27,680 nucleotides of DNA from a virus (lineage: Duplodnaviria > Heunggongvirae > Uroviricota > Caudoviricetes). A program made the translations under genes and the position numbers. The stretch lies in the IMG/VR virus record IMGVR_UViG_2585427778_000003; one strand, given 5' to 3'. Shown here in pieces: positions 1 through 9,092 of the stretch. Numbering within the stretch: the stretch's first letter is position 1; each line of letters opens with the position of its first letter. The notes under the pieces were generated by a model. The model had not been told where the DNA came from. It worked only from the letters and a program-made list of their open reading frames with translations, and ran no database searches.

Positions 1-94
1 AACATTTGCGCCCCTGAACAGGGGCGCTATCCCACCACGCTGTTAAAATTTTGTTTCGTCTTACTTAGCATTTTTAAGTTGCCCATCGGAAAAA

Positions 95-366
95 CGTCAC
101 AACCATCACGCCCCACAAAAAAAACCATTAACCATCTGATTATCATGAATAAATGTTGTGATGGTAAAACCATCACAAAACGTAACGTAAACCGTCACAC
201 CCTATAAATTCAGCGAGTTATAAAACAGAGTTGTGATGTTTTAAGGCCGTCACACTGTGATGCTCTTGTGATGCTCTTGTGATGGTTTTCAATATATGAA
301 TTTACTTATACATATCATATAGATAAATGATATTTTTTAAATCTGTGATGTTTGTGACGGTTTTCC
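95..366. repeat. Array of about 12 short repeats GTGATG / CRTCAC in both orientations, several extended to AAAACC(A/G)TCAC; includes 11-bp tandem CTCTTGTGATG x2
   Basis: Read directly: CRTCAC at 95-100, 104-109, 171-176, 193-198, 248-253; GTGAYG at 158-163, 233-238, 257-262, 268-273, 279-284, 345-350, 354-359. No ORF of 60 aa or more in 1..886. Confidence 0.5.
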
Positions 367-990
367 GATGCTCCCCCTAAATTTTTGAAAAAATTAGAAG
401 TGGTCAGAAATCACCCTGATTTGTTGGTGGTTTTGTATATATCTCTGTTAGTGATTTGAGCATTGGTGCAGTACGTTAATGTAGGTATGGCTATAGTTCA
501 GGCTGTGCAAAGTATTTCAGTTCCGCATCTCACGGTCATTCCGCGCCAGAACACATCAAATAAGGCCTTGTCACTTTCTCCCGCTTACGTGATCCCGCTG
601 CGGCCGTTACGTTAAAAGTCACGTAATCACTGTTAAACCCGCATGAAGTCCGGCACCGTCATTTTTCACCCACGGCCGGTAATTGCACAAAAACTGTAAT
701 CCTTGAAATCTGTTTCACATATTTCAGTCGGTGAACTACCGCCAAAGCCCCAGCGCTGGCGCAGTCTGGCGATGTGTTTTGTACCCCCAGAAAAACTGAA
801 ATCATTCTCAACACGAAAACCGCAGGCGGGTGCGGTGTAGCGCCGTTTTCGTCACTTCCGCCGTTATTTCGTCGTGGCAGGCTGCATCAGCGCCTTGCTG
901 TGCTTTTAAAGCTAATTAAGTTGGGATTGGAGCGGGTGTAGATACTGTCGGCGCTCAGAATGCGTCTGGTGAGGTCTGGTGGGTGCGATA

Positions 991-1010
991 AAGCCCGCAT
1001 GACGCGGGCT
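991..1010 (-). terminator. Weak hairpin downstream of the last tail gene (stem AGCCCGC/GCGGGCT, 5-nt loop), followed on minus strand by TTAT
   Basis: Inverted repeat 992-998 / 1004-1010 located 10 nt after the stop of the 1021..2724 CDS; U-tract is poor so terminator function is uncertain. Confidence 0.3.
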
Positions 1011-1020
1011 GGTTGAGAAA

Positions 1021-2724
1021 TCAGGCGATAATGTTCTGGTACTTGCTCCGGGTCTGCCCGGCTTTCGTCGCCGTCTGTGTAAACTCGGCGGCATTGGTTG
1101 GAGTCCCAACGGTGGGGTGTGAATGGTTCGCGCATTGCTGCGCCAGTTCTGCCAGTAAATCAATGGTGTCCAGCATCATGGTCAGGGCGTTGATACTCTC
1201 GCTGCCAATATGGACTGTTGCCCCCATGACCTGCTGACCGCCAGCGGCCACTGATTTACGCAGTGCGGCAATCTTCTCTGTCAGGCTTTCGCCAACCTCC
1301 ACGGCTACAGCACCGCCCACTTTAGTGGACTGCTGTCCTGCTATGTCCGTTTCTTCGTTTCCTTCAATACTGGCCAGCCTGTTACCTTTCACCGCCTGGC
1401 TATAATCACCGGCGCTTACCTGCTGGATGGCTCCGGCCAGCAGTGTGGTGGTTCCCAGTACCGTGGTTTTGTCCGTGGCTTTCACCGTGGTTTCACGGCT
1501 GACCAGTTCGCGCTGCTCCGTATCGGCTTTTACGGTTCGCGCCATCGATGTTTCACTGATGGTTTGATCGGTCTGCCTTACCCAGTCTCCAGCCTGAGTC
1601 ACCCTCTGGGATACTTCTTCCCTCTGCTGCTGCAATTGCTCACCGGGTTTAACGTCCGGCAGGCTGGTACCATCCGGCAGCGTCTGCCTGATAAAGGGTT
1701 TATCCGGTCTGCCTCCCGTGAATGCAACCTCAACCAGCGTCCCTTCTGGCGGAAACTGAAACATACCTGAATCATTCCCGGCCATTGGCACCGGCAGCGG
1801 CACCGCTGAGTAAACAGGCGTCTGATTGTCCGGGTTTCCGTCTGCGTCAAGCAGCTGAACGTCCACGGCATAACGTGGCCGGAATGGATCGGCAAAATTA
1901 CCACTTTTCACGGGTTCAGTATGTGCCACCACTCTGGCCATCTTTGGCAGATGAAGCCCGGAAGCCAGTTCCGGATAATGGCTCTCAATCTGTCGTTGTG
2001 TCGGTGTTTTCTGAAGGGGGCTGCCTGTGACGCGGTTCCGGGGTGTCCAGGTGATAGTCATCGTGTCATTTGTAAGATGGACTTTGGTGACCCGTTCACC
2101 GTTAAGCTCAACGCCGGGTCGTATCGTCTGGATCACCGGTAACGTTATGGTATTCCCGCCAGCAGCCCCCTGGCTGAACTCTGCCGGCACTTCGACCGGA
2201 CGACCGGTAAACAGTGACTTTTCAGCACCGCCGACGTAAAGCGAACCATCAGGCAACTGGTACCAGATGTAATCCTGGATACTGAATGCCCTGCCCAGGT
2301 TGTTCAGCAACTGATAGCCGGTACCGTTATGGGTGAAATGGGGGATCGGAGTATCGCTGTAAGACACATCGGGTACACTGACACCGATCCCGCTGTTTTC
2401 CGTCAGCCAGCCGGCTACATCCCTTAATGTCGGGTGCTGAAATGAACATGGCCACATCCTTTCAAAAACACCGGCCAGCTCACGAATGAACAGACGCTGA
2501 TAACCGTTTTCAGCTGGTTGTGAACGTTCAACATAACCGGTAAACCAGCGCAAAAGCAGGTCGGTATATCCCACATCCAGCCGCACCAGTTTCCCGGTAT
2601 AATCAGTGGTTGTCTCTGCGGTAATAAATCCCCGACCGCAACTGTTAAGCTCCAGTACCAGGCTGGCATCAGCCAGATGCACTTCATCCGTTGAAAGGTA
2701 AAGACGTTTAACTGGTTTCATCAT
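1021..2724 (-). CDS. Large tail/baseplate-associated protein, 567 aa; possibly the hub (P2 gpD-like role), function not resolved
   Basis: Last gene of the tail operon; start ATG overlaps upstream stop (TAATG at 2722-2726); no convincing motif recalled, only a weak LFTG-xx-EV resemblance to P2 gpD. Confidence 0.5.
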   Translation of the reverse strand: MMKPVKRLYLSTDEVHLADASLVLELNSCGRGFITAETTTDYTGKLVRLDVGYTDLLLRWFTGYVERSQPAENGYQRLFIRELAGVFERMWPCSFQHPTLRDVAGWLTENSGIGVSVPDVSYSDTPIPHFTHNGTGYQLLNNLGRAFSIQDYIWYQLPDGSLYVGGAEKSLFTGRPVEVPAEFSQGAAGGNTITLPVIQTIRPGVELNGERVTKVHLTNDTMTITWTPRNRVTGSPLQKTPTQRQIESHYPELASGLHLPKMARVVAHTEPVKSGNFADPFRPRYAVDVQLLDADGNPDNQTPVYSAVPLPVPMAGNDSGMFQFPPEGTLVEVAFTGGRPDKPFIRQTLPDGTSLPDVKPGEQLQQQREEVSQRVTQAGDWVRQTDQTISETSMARTVKADTEQRELVSRETTVKATDKTTVLGTTTLLAGAIQQVSAGDYSQAVKGNRLASIEGNEETDIAGQQSTKVGGAVAVEVGESLTEKIAALRKSVAAGGQQVMGATVHIGSESINALTMMLDTIDLLAELAQQCANHSHPTVGTPTNAAEFTQTATKAGQTRSKYQNIIA

Positions 2725-3269
2725 TAACCCAAAGCATCATTGACGGGCTTCAGCACCTTGCGTTCAAACCACGTCAGTTTTTCTTCATCTTCTCCGGCCG
2801 TCTGACCACCGGATTGTTCCGCGCTGCCGGTTGTCTGTTTTTTCGCAGTGGTTTTGCCGGTTGATCTGGCTTCCCGCTTTTCCTGTACGCTAATATGTTC
2901 CGCCAGCGTGAAAGTCACCATCCAGGACATTTTCCCGTCCTGCTGTGGTGCATCCAGCATTCCGCTGAATGTGGCCTCACGAAAATTCACCGCTCTGGCA
3001 ACCTCATGCGCAACACGGTATGTCTGTCGTTTCCCGCTACTATCGGTAGCGCTGGCCAGTTCAAAGATACGCTTCAGAATCTCCGGATTTTTGAAAGGAA
3101 TTTCGCCACTGATACGCAGCTCCTTTCCTTTTGCCCCCTGCTCAGATTTTGACGTTGCGCTGGTCTGCCCTGACTGGTCTTTATCCTGAAACTGCTGTGA
3201 GACTGTCACGCGCATATTCTTCAGCTGTATGGCCTCGCCGTTAAGCGCCAGTGTCGGGATCGAAGTCAT
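2724..3269 (-). CDS. Hypothetical tail-cluster protein, 181 aa, with low-complexity K/Q/S/T-rich segments
   Basis: ORF translationally coupled to the downstream gene (TAATG overlap); position after tail-fiber assembly gene. Confidence 0.4.
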   Translation of the reverse strand: MTSIPTLALNGEAIQLKNMRVTVSQQFQDKDQSGQTSATSKSEQGAKGKELRISGEIPFKNPEILKRIFELASATDSSGKRQTYRVAHEVARAVNFREATFSGMLDAPQQDGKMSWMVTFTLAEHISVQEKREARSTGKTTAKKQTTGSAEQSGGQTAGEDEEKLTWFERKVLKPVNDALG

Positions 3270-3966
3270 GAATCATTCCCTTTATTCCATCAAGATTATC
3301 GCCAACCAGCATCATGGCAGCGGTGTAAACGGCAGACTGCTGCGGAATGTCCTTCACCAGTTCCAGTAACATGGTGCCGGTGTCTCCGCTGGCAGTAAAA
3401 ACCCACGCTCTGGCACTCTTCCCCTGTAAATCGTTCAGGCCGTTGGCCACATCACTGATAAGTTGGTCACGCAGCTGCGTGAACTCGCCCAGCTGTTTTT
3501 TCAGCCCTTCGATATCAAACCCGGCACCCGCCGCCTTTTGTGCCTGGCTGATTGCCGCAGCAGATAAAGCTGCCCTGCTGGTTGGTACAGACAGCGGAAT
3601 GGACGCAGGTAACGCAGCGGCGGTTTTCGCAGGGATCTGCATCTTTTCAATAGCCAGCGCTGCGGCGGATTGCGCCAGCCGTTTGACCTGCGTGAATGCC
3701 GGGGCGGGGAAAATCCCGACCAGGTTATTCAGGCTGGCCATAAAGTTTTCCTGTGTCTGTCCGGTGACCATCATAATCACCACGTCCACATTCCCCCCTG
3801 TTCCGGCCAGGCGTTCAGCAAGATAGCGAACAGCATTAACCGGGCTGAGATATGCCCCGTTTGCTGTCTGCTGTCCCAGCCCATAAATCCACGGATGCGC
3901 AGGGACGATCGAACAGTTCGACGCAGCAACAGAATCCGTGAAGGCCAGACGTGCTTCACGCCACAT
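3241..3966 (-). CDS. Hypothetical tail-cluster protein, about 242 aa
   Basis: ORF following tail fiber assembly gene; start placed at ATG 3964-3966 (MWREARL...), 11-nt overlap with upstream stop; the longer start at 4002 lies deep inside the upstream gene. Confidence 0.4.
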   Translation of the reverse strand: MWREARLAFTDSVAASNCSIVPAHPWIYGLGQQTANGAYLSPVNAVRYLAERLAGTGGNVDVVIMMVTGQTQENFMASLNNLVGIFPAPAFTQVKRLAQSAAALAIEKMQIPAKTAAALPASIPLSVPTSRAALSAAAISQAQKAAGAGFDIEGLKKQLGEFTQLRDQLISDVANGLNDLQGKSARAWVFTASGDTGTMLLELVKDIPQQSAVYTAAMMLVGDNLDGIKGMIHDFDPDTGA

Positions 3967-4543
3967 TTCCAGGCACCTCCGGCCACACAATTTCCGGCGC
4001 ATCTTCCGGTTGAATACGGTTCATTAAAACGCGGTATTTTTTCCATGCGGTAAGCAGCAGTGCTTCTTCTTCGGTCGCCATGTCTAAATCTACGGCATCC
4101 TGCAATGTGGCAATGGCATCACTGGCCTGTTTAAGTAGTCTTTTCTTTTCTGCATCTGCCTCGCTGACTAATGCAGTTCGCATGGCCTCCGCATCATCCA
4201 CCCACGCCTTTCCATTCCATTTTTGCCAGGCATTAGCCGGGGCTGACGTGGTTGTCCCTTCCGGGTAAGCACCAGGCTCGGTGATTACCAGTTCATTACC
4301 GTTTTCCGTGTCAAACACTACCTCACCACGATGATCCTCACGGGAAATCCATCTTTGCTTCTCTGAATCAAAAATCGCCACAAATCCCGCTTTTATTGCC
4401 TGTGGCTTTATCGTGGTGCAGTTAGCTGGCAGTCCGGTATGTGCAGGAATAAAAGCGTCACCCGAACCAATAAATTCATTCGTATCGGAACGCAGGTTAT
4501 AAACAGTAACTGTTTGATCGGTTTCACTCATTTTAAAAGTCAT
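3956..4543 (-). CDS. Tail fiber assembly protein (Tfa / gpG-like chaperone), 195 aa
   Basis: Immediately downstream of the tail fiber gene with TAATG start/stop overlap at 4541-4545; size and conserved C-terminal region typical of Tfa proteins. Confidence 0.75.
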   Translation of the reverse strand: MTFKMSETDQTVTVYNLRSDTNEFIGSGDAFIPAHTGLPANCTTIKPQAIKAGFVAIFDSEKQRWISREDHRGEVVFDTENGNELVITEPGAYPEGTTTSAPANAWQKWNGKAWVDDAEAMRTALVSEADAEKKRLLKQASDAIATLQDAVDLDMATEEEALLLTAWKKYRVLMNRIQPEDAPEIVWPEVPGNVA

Positions 4544-6120
4544 TATGCGAGTCTCACTATGTAGTTGAATGCAATATTCTTAACGGTCGTTTCTGTGTTA
4601 CCCGACGCTGCGACGGTAATGGTGTGACTGTGTGCGCCTATTGCTACAGTGTGAGCATGAGCGCCGATACCTACAGTGTGATTGTGCGCGCCAATTCCTA
4701 CTGTGTGAGCGTGGTTTCCGGCTGATGATGAGTTAGACGCGGATCCCCAGCGTGGCACCTGATTTTGTGTGTTATTACCTGAATCAACGTAAGTTCCCCC
4801 ATAATTCCTAGAATGTACGTGTGCCCCCGTTGTATTCGTCGTTTTAGTCCCATAATCAAAAGTGCTGGCTGTTTTGGTACCGTAATCGAATGAGGATGTC
4901 GATTTCGTCCCCAGATCGGTACTGGATGCACTGGCTGTATGGGTATGGGATTTATTGCCATCATCTTCATAGGAGAGAACTGCGCGGCCGTCTGGTTTCC
5001 CTTTGATCGTCCGCCCACGCGCATCAGGAATTACGCCCGATGGATAAGCAATAGCCAGTAAAGGATATGCCGCCTTATCAAAAGATTGTCCCTGCATAAT
5101 TGCCCACCCGGCAGGTGGAATATCCGTTGACCAGGGCAGCGGCACACCAACAGGAAGAACATCACTACGGCTTAAAACGGCCAGTTCCCCCAGATCCAGG
5201 CTTTTCCTGGCTTTTGCCTTGTCGTTAACATCTGCAAGATTTGCATCTTTACGTAAAAAATCACTGCTGGCCTGCTGTTCGCTCAGGCTACCTTTTGGCC
5301 GTAAATCCGTGATGTTGCCGTCTGCATCAATGCTGGCCACCGCAAACACGTAATGCTGAACCCCGTTCTGAACGTAATCAGCAAGATTTGCTGCCACCGT
5401 GATTTTGCTCTGCACATTCCAGACGCTGGTCAGCGTTCCCGTCCAGCACACATCCAGCCAGACTTTCACTGGCTTCGTTGCCACCGTTATATTCTGGTTA
5501 GCAGCCAGTGATGCCCGGAGTCCTGCCACATAGCCCGTGCCCTTAGTGACGAAAAACTGATTTCCTGTTTTAGCGACCAGATACCCGTTACCAAAAAACG
5601 CCGCCGCGCCATAAATATCTGTATTTTCAATTCGCTGGCGTTCATCCATTCCACCCATGCGTGCAGTGAAGTCAATCTGCCAGGTTTCTGCTGGCGTATT
5701 GATGCCGGTTTCCGTCTGTGCGCCGTTGTATTCCATCAGGAAAGAACGGGTCAGGACATTCCCCTGCTGCCCTTCTGCAGTTTTCAGCTTTTGCTGGACA
5801 GGCGCATGCACAATCATCGCCAGCGTGCCGCTGGCCTTGTTAATCAGGCCGATCCAGTTAAACGAAAAATCGCCCACATCCGCCCCCAGCACAACGGAGT
5901 GCACCACGGCATTTTCATTCACCACACCTTTACGGCTGACTGCCTGCCGGTGAACAATCTGCGCGGCCGGTGGCAGTGTCTCGCTGCGATCAACGGGTTG
6001 TTCTGGATTCAGTCCCGGCACGTTCGCAAAAACAAATTCGTCCAGCAGGACAGGCTCGCCAGTGGCACCCTGCAGCGCCTTCCACTGTTCAAATGCCAGT
6101 GTGATAGCTGTCTGTGACAT
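4543..6120 (-). CDS. Tail fiber protein, 525 aa, with C-terminal HxH repeat tip
   Basis: Position between baseplate I-like gene and Tfa; C-terminus carries DYGTKT repeats and three tandem 9-aa units H-x-H-T-V-(G/A)-I-G-A. Confidence 0.75.
   Translation of the reverse strand: MSQTAITLAFEQWKALQGATGEPVLLDEFVFANVPGLNPEQPVDRSETLPPAAQIVHRQAVSRKGVVNENAVVHSVVLGADVGDFSFNWIGLINKASGTLAMIVHAPVQQKLKTAEGQQGNVLTRSFLMEYNGAQTETGINTPAETWQIDFTARMGGMDERQRIENTDIYGAAAFFGNGYLVAKTGNQFFVTKGTGYVAGLRASLAANQNITVATKPVKVWLDVCWTGTLTSVWNVQSKITVAANLADYVQNGVQHYVFAVASIDADGNITDLRPKGSLSEQQASSDFLRKDANLADVNDKAKARKSLDLGELAVLSRSDVLPVGVPLPWSTDIPPAGWAIMQGQSFDKAAYPLLAIAYPSGVIPDARGRTIKGKPDGRAVLSYEDDGNKSHTHTASASSTDLGTKSTSSFDYGTKTASTFDYGTKTTNTTGAHVHSRNYGGTYVDSGNNTQNQVPRWGSASNSSSAGNHAHTVGIGAHNHTVGIGAHAHTVAIGAHSHTITVAASGNTETTVKNIAFNYIVRLA
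4621..4713 (-). repeat. 27-bp tandem repeat (about 3.4 copies) encoding the HxHTV(G/A)IGA units of the tail fiber tip
   Basis: CTACAGTGTGA recurs at 4644-4654 and 4671-4681 (27-bp period); translated repeats HAHTVGIGA / HNHTVGIGA / HAHTVAIGA / HSHT. Confidence 0.55.
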
Positions 6121-6129
6121 AAAATCTCC

Positions 6130-6717
6130 CTATAAACCCGCGCTGAACGTCGCGCTGTCTGTTTCCGTACTGTTTAACGCTGCCGGATACGCCACATATT
6201 CTCCCTGATCCCATCCCGCCCGGATGGCCAGGCTTTCAGACGTGATCACCTCAAACTGATAACGGCGGCATGTTCGCCCGTACTGGCGAATTATCTGGAT
6301 CAGCAACTGCGTGTTGTCCGCAATCTGGCTGTCTGTCACGCGAACCAGTATCACGTCCCAGTCAATCCCCGGCTGGCGTTCCTGCAGCTCAACGTACCCA
6401 ATTCCCAGCCGTTCAAAGATGTTGATAAACCCCTCAACGGAACCGGCATCCCGCGCATTGACAAAGGCATATGCCACGCGCTTACGGAACAATGCCAGCG
6501 GTTCACCGTCAAAGCGGGTAATATCGCGGTCATACGCCAGCAGGTTCAGTAATGCCGGCGTACACGTCAGCGGATCGAACTGATTCACTGGCCACGTACC
6601 CCAGCCGTAAACCTCAGTCCAGAACCGCCGCGCCGTTTTCAGCAGCTTCGCCGGCTCGCCTTTGTTCATCCAGGAAGGAAGCACCATCCCGGCCAGCTTT
6701 TTCAGGAACTCACTCAT
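6130..6717 (-). CDS. Baseplate protein, P2 gpI-like, about 195 aa
   Basis: Follows the J-like gene with 8-nt overlap (ATGAGTGA); size close to P2 gpI; ORF-track start at 6735 is a TTG, so ATG 6715-6717 is preferred. Confidence 0.6.
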   Translation of the reverse strand: MSEFLKKLAGMVLPSWMNKGEPAKLLKTARRFWTEVYGWGTWPVNQFDPLTCTPALLNLLAYDRDITRFDGEPLALFRKRVAYAFVNARDAGSVEGFINIFERLGIGYVELQERQPGIDWDVILVRVTDSQIADNTQLLIQIIRQYGRTCRRYQFEVITSESLAIRAGWDQGEYVAYPAALNSTETDSATFSAGL

Positions 6718-7894
6718 TTTCAACAACAACCGCAAGCGATTTCAGGCGTGGAACACTCAGTTCGCTGGTGATATCACCCAGTGAAAAAGACAGTGATTCC
6801 GTCTGAGCAAATGTCCTGTGGATCTCCCGCCCCAGCTGAGAAAAGGAAAAACGCGAATATGGCCACGTCTTCCTGACGTCATAATCAGCATTCTCACGAA
6901 AAGCACAGCGGATCATGTTCTCCACCCCGTCCTTCAGGGTTTTCCTGTCCTCATCGCTGAAATTGGCCAGATTTTTGACATAAACTGTGACGGACAGATC
7001 ATGAAGCGTTTCCGGCATGGGATAGCACTGCATATCATCACCGTGGCCGTGATGCCCCTGCGTGTTGATATAGTCATTGACGGCATCCACGAACGGCGAA
7101 GAAGCCACCCCGCTGTCCAGCAACAGATACGCGTTGGCGGTACCGGGTCCCCTCGGCGCTTCATGTTCAAAGAAAATCCGGTCAATACTCAGCCCTGCAA
7201 CGCCGGCAATCATCGACCGGTAAACGGCGTCAGTGTGGTAATTCCCCACCAGATTGAACTGATTGCGGCAGCGTTCGCGCAGCTCGTCATCACTTTCTTC
7301 ATCCGCGCCCGGTACGGTCAGCCAGTTTTCTTCGCTGGCCACGTGGCTGATACCGTCAACGGCAACCGGCAGAATGCGGTAATATCCCGGCGCAAGGTTA
7401 TATGCGCCCCCGGTGCCGGTGGCTTTTACCGGCAGTAATGCGCAGGCCGTACCGGAAGCGATCACTACATCCTCACTGGTGGCCAGCTCATACACGCGAC
7501 CGTTAATGCGCTCTGTCTGGATAACCGTCCCGGCTTTCACCGTCACCACCGCTCTTGCATCTTCTTTGAAGAAGCGGATCACACCCTGTGCCGCGCTCGC
7601 CGGTTTTGCCGTGACGTTCACCGCCCACGCCAGCAGACGCAACATGCTCCCGCTGGCCGTGGCCACAAACATGTTGGCCAGCACAGTGAACACCAGAACG
7701 TCTTTCAGCCACATTACTGGTGCGGTCACAATGGCGGTGATTAACCGCCAGAACGGTGACATGCGGGACGTATTGGTGATGATGCCCTCCTCATCCGCGA
7801 TCGCATTGAAGCGATCGTGAACCTCAGATTCCGTCACCGGCATCCCGCTGGCTTTCACCACTTCTTCAAAATCAACCTGGGGCTTTTCCGTCAT
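6710..7894 (-). CDS. Baseplate assembly protein, gpJ-like, about 394 aa
   Basis: ATGA start/stop overlap with upstream W-like gene at 7891-7894; order W-J-I-H-G matches P2. Confidence 0.65.
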   Translation of the reverse strand: MTEKPQVDFEEVVKASGMPVTESEVHDRFNAIADEEGIITNTSRMSPFWRLITAIVTAPVMWLKDVLVFTVLANMFVATASGSMLRLLAWAVNVTAKPASAAQGVIRFFKEDARAVVTVKAGTVIQTERINGRVYELATSEDVVIASGTACALLPVKATGTGGAYNLAPGYYRILPVAVDGISHVASEENWLTVPGADEESDDELRERCRNQFNLVGNYHTDAVYRSMIAGVAGLSIDRIFFEHEAPRGPGTANAYLLLDSGVASSPFVDAVNDYINTQGHHGHGDDMQCYPMPETLHDLSVTVYVKNLANFSDEDRKTLKDGVENMIRCAFRENADYDVRKTWPYSRFSFSQLGREIHRTFAQTESLSFSLGDITSELSVPRLKSLAVVVENE

Positions 7895-8220
7895 AAATCC
7901 ACCTGATATGAAAGCGTGCCAAAATCGTATGTGCTCGCGGTCACCCACAGCCGTTTCTGGCTTTCTTCACTGATTTCCACCGTTCCCGGCACAATGCGCT
8001 CATCGTTTTCAACCAGTAATTCCAGTTGTGTAAAAATATCTGCCCTCAGTGTCGGACTGCGTTCCGCAATTAATTGCGTGGCTAATCCGCTCTCAATAAT
8101 GGCGTGAATAATGTCCTGCCCGATACTTTTTCGGTTATTGCATAATTCAGGCTCATTACCGGCATTTAATGAGAAGTCACCATTCTCAATAAGCAGGTCA
8201 ATATAAAGAATCTCACTCAC
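7891..8220 (-). CDS. Baseplate wedge protein, gpW / gp25-like, 109 aa
   Basis: GTG start overlapping tape-measure stop (GTGA at 8217-8220); size and position as P2 gpW. Confidence 0.55.
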   Translation of the reverse strand: MSEILYIDLLIENGDFSLNAGNEPELCNNRKSIGQDIIHAIIESGLATQLIAERSPTLRADIFTQLELLVENDERIVPGTVEISEESQKRLWVTASTYDFGTLSYQVDL

Positions 8221-9086
8221 GCATTAAGCTCCTGCCATTCCATTAGCTGGGAGGGTGAAAGCGCTTCTTTAGTATGAAAATGCACTTCACCAATTTTACG
8301 GCTGTTATCCGTTACTGATTTAGAATTACTGCTAATTGTTTTACTGATACCACCTTTATCAACGCCTTTTAATTCACCGCCAGTTGAAAGGGTATTCGTT
8401 GTCAGTGCCGGTTGAGATTCGTTCGCCAGTGAAATATCGACGCCCGGAATTTTATTGAGTTTTCCGACAATCCAGTTCCACGATTTCAGGAACCCGCCTT
8501 TGATGGTCTGCCAGACGTTATCAAACAGGGAAACAATCCCGCTGGCCATGCCGCTTAACGCCTGTGACGGTGAAAACCCGGTCAGCAGCGCAATAAAGCT
8601 GTTCCAGCCGTCCGTGATCCATTGCCACGCAGCGGAAAACACGCCGGCAAGCCATTCCACCACACCAGCCACGGCGGTAAACGCTGCCGTATTCATCACC
8701 GCCGCTTTCACATCATCCCAGTGTTTAATCAGCAGATAACACCCGGCTGCCAGCAGAGCAATCGCCCCGATAACCAGCAGAACCGGCCAGCTCATCAGGT
8801 TGATGCCAATACCGGCCATAATCGCCGCCATGCGCACGGCCAGCAGCGTACCCCGCAGGAATTTCAGCGTCAGGTTCCACGCCACAACAGCCTTTGAGGT
8901 AATCCAGACAGTGGCCGCGTAAATCTTCGTGACCAGCGTCAGGGCGCTCCAGAGTCCCTTCAGACCCACCAGGATAAATTTTGAGACGCCCATGACAATA
9001 TTTGTCACCGCGCCCGCTGCCGCCACACCAAACAGCGCAAGCTGCACGTAACCAATCACCCGCGCAATATTGGGAAACATCTGCAT
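8217..9086 (-). CDS. Tail tape measure protein, C-terminal hydrophobic part (289 aa), same frame as the upstream N-terminal part
   Basis: Long hydrophobic/Gly-Ala-rich segments typical of tape-measure C-termini; ATG 9084-9086 lies 2 codons after the in-frame TGA at 9093-9095. Confidence 0.6.
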   Translation of the reverse strand: MQMFPNIARVIGYVQLALFGVAAAGAVTNIVMGVSKFILVGLKGLWSALTLVTKIYAATVWITSKAVVAWNLTLKFLRGTLLAVRMAAIMAGIGINLMSWPVLLVIGAIALLAAGCYLLIKHWDDVKAAVMNTAAFTAVAGVVEWLAGVFSAAWQWITDGWNSFIALLTGFSPSQALSGMASGIVSLFDNVWQTIKGGFLKSWNWIVGKLNKIPGVDISLANESQPALTTNTLSTGGELKGVDKGGISKTISSNSKSVTDNSRKIGEVHFHTKEALSPSQLMEWQELNA

Positions 9087-9092
9087 CCAGCG

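Noticed and set aside
7-28. Perfect hairpin GCGCCCCTG-AA-CAGGGGCGC at the window start as a terminator
   Set aside because: No U-tract follows on either strand and the upstream gene is not in the window, so function cannot be assigned.
262-295. Possible CRISPR array suggested by the tandem CTCTTGTGATG repeats
   Set aside because: Repeat unit is only 11 bp with no intervening spacers of CRISPR length and no cas genes; fits a binding-site array instead.
1-1020. tRNA or tmRNA integration target at the left end
   Set aside because: No T-loop-like GGTTCGAATCC-type motif or cloverleaf-compatible sequence seen; the attachment site probably lies elsewhere or beyond the integrase end outside the window.
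887-1163. 82- and 83-aa minus-strand ORFs overlapping the end of the 567-aa tail gene
   Set aside because: They overlap the 3' end of a well-supported gene in alternative frames and have Arg/Pro-rich composition typical of out-of-frame GC-rich translation.
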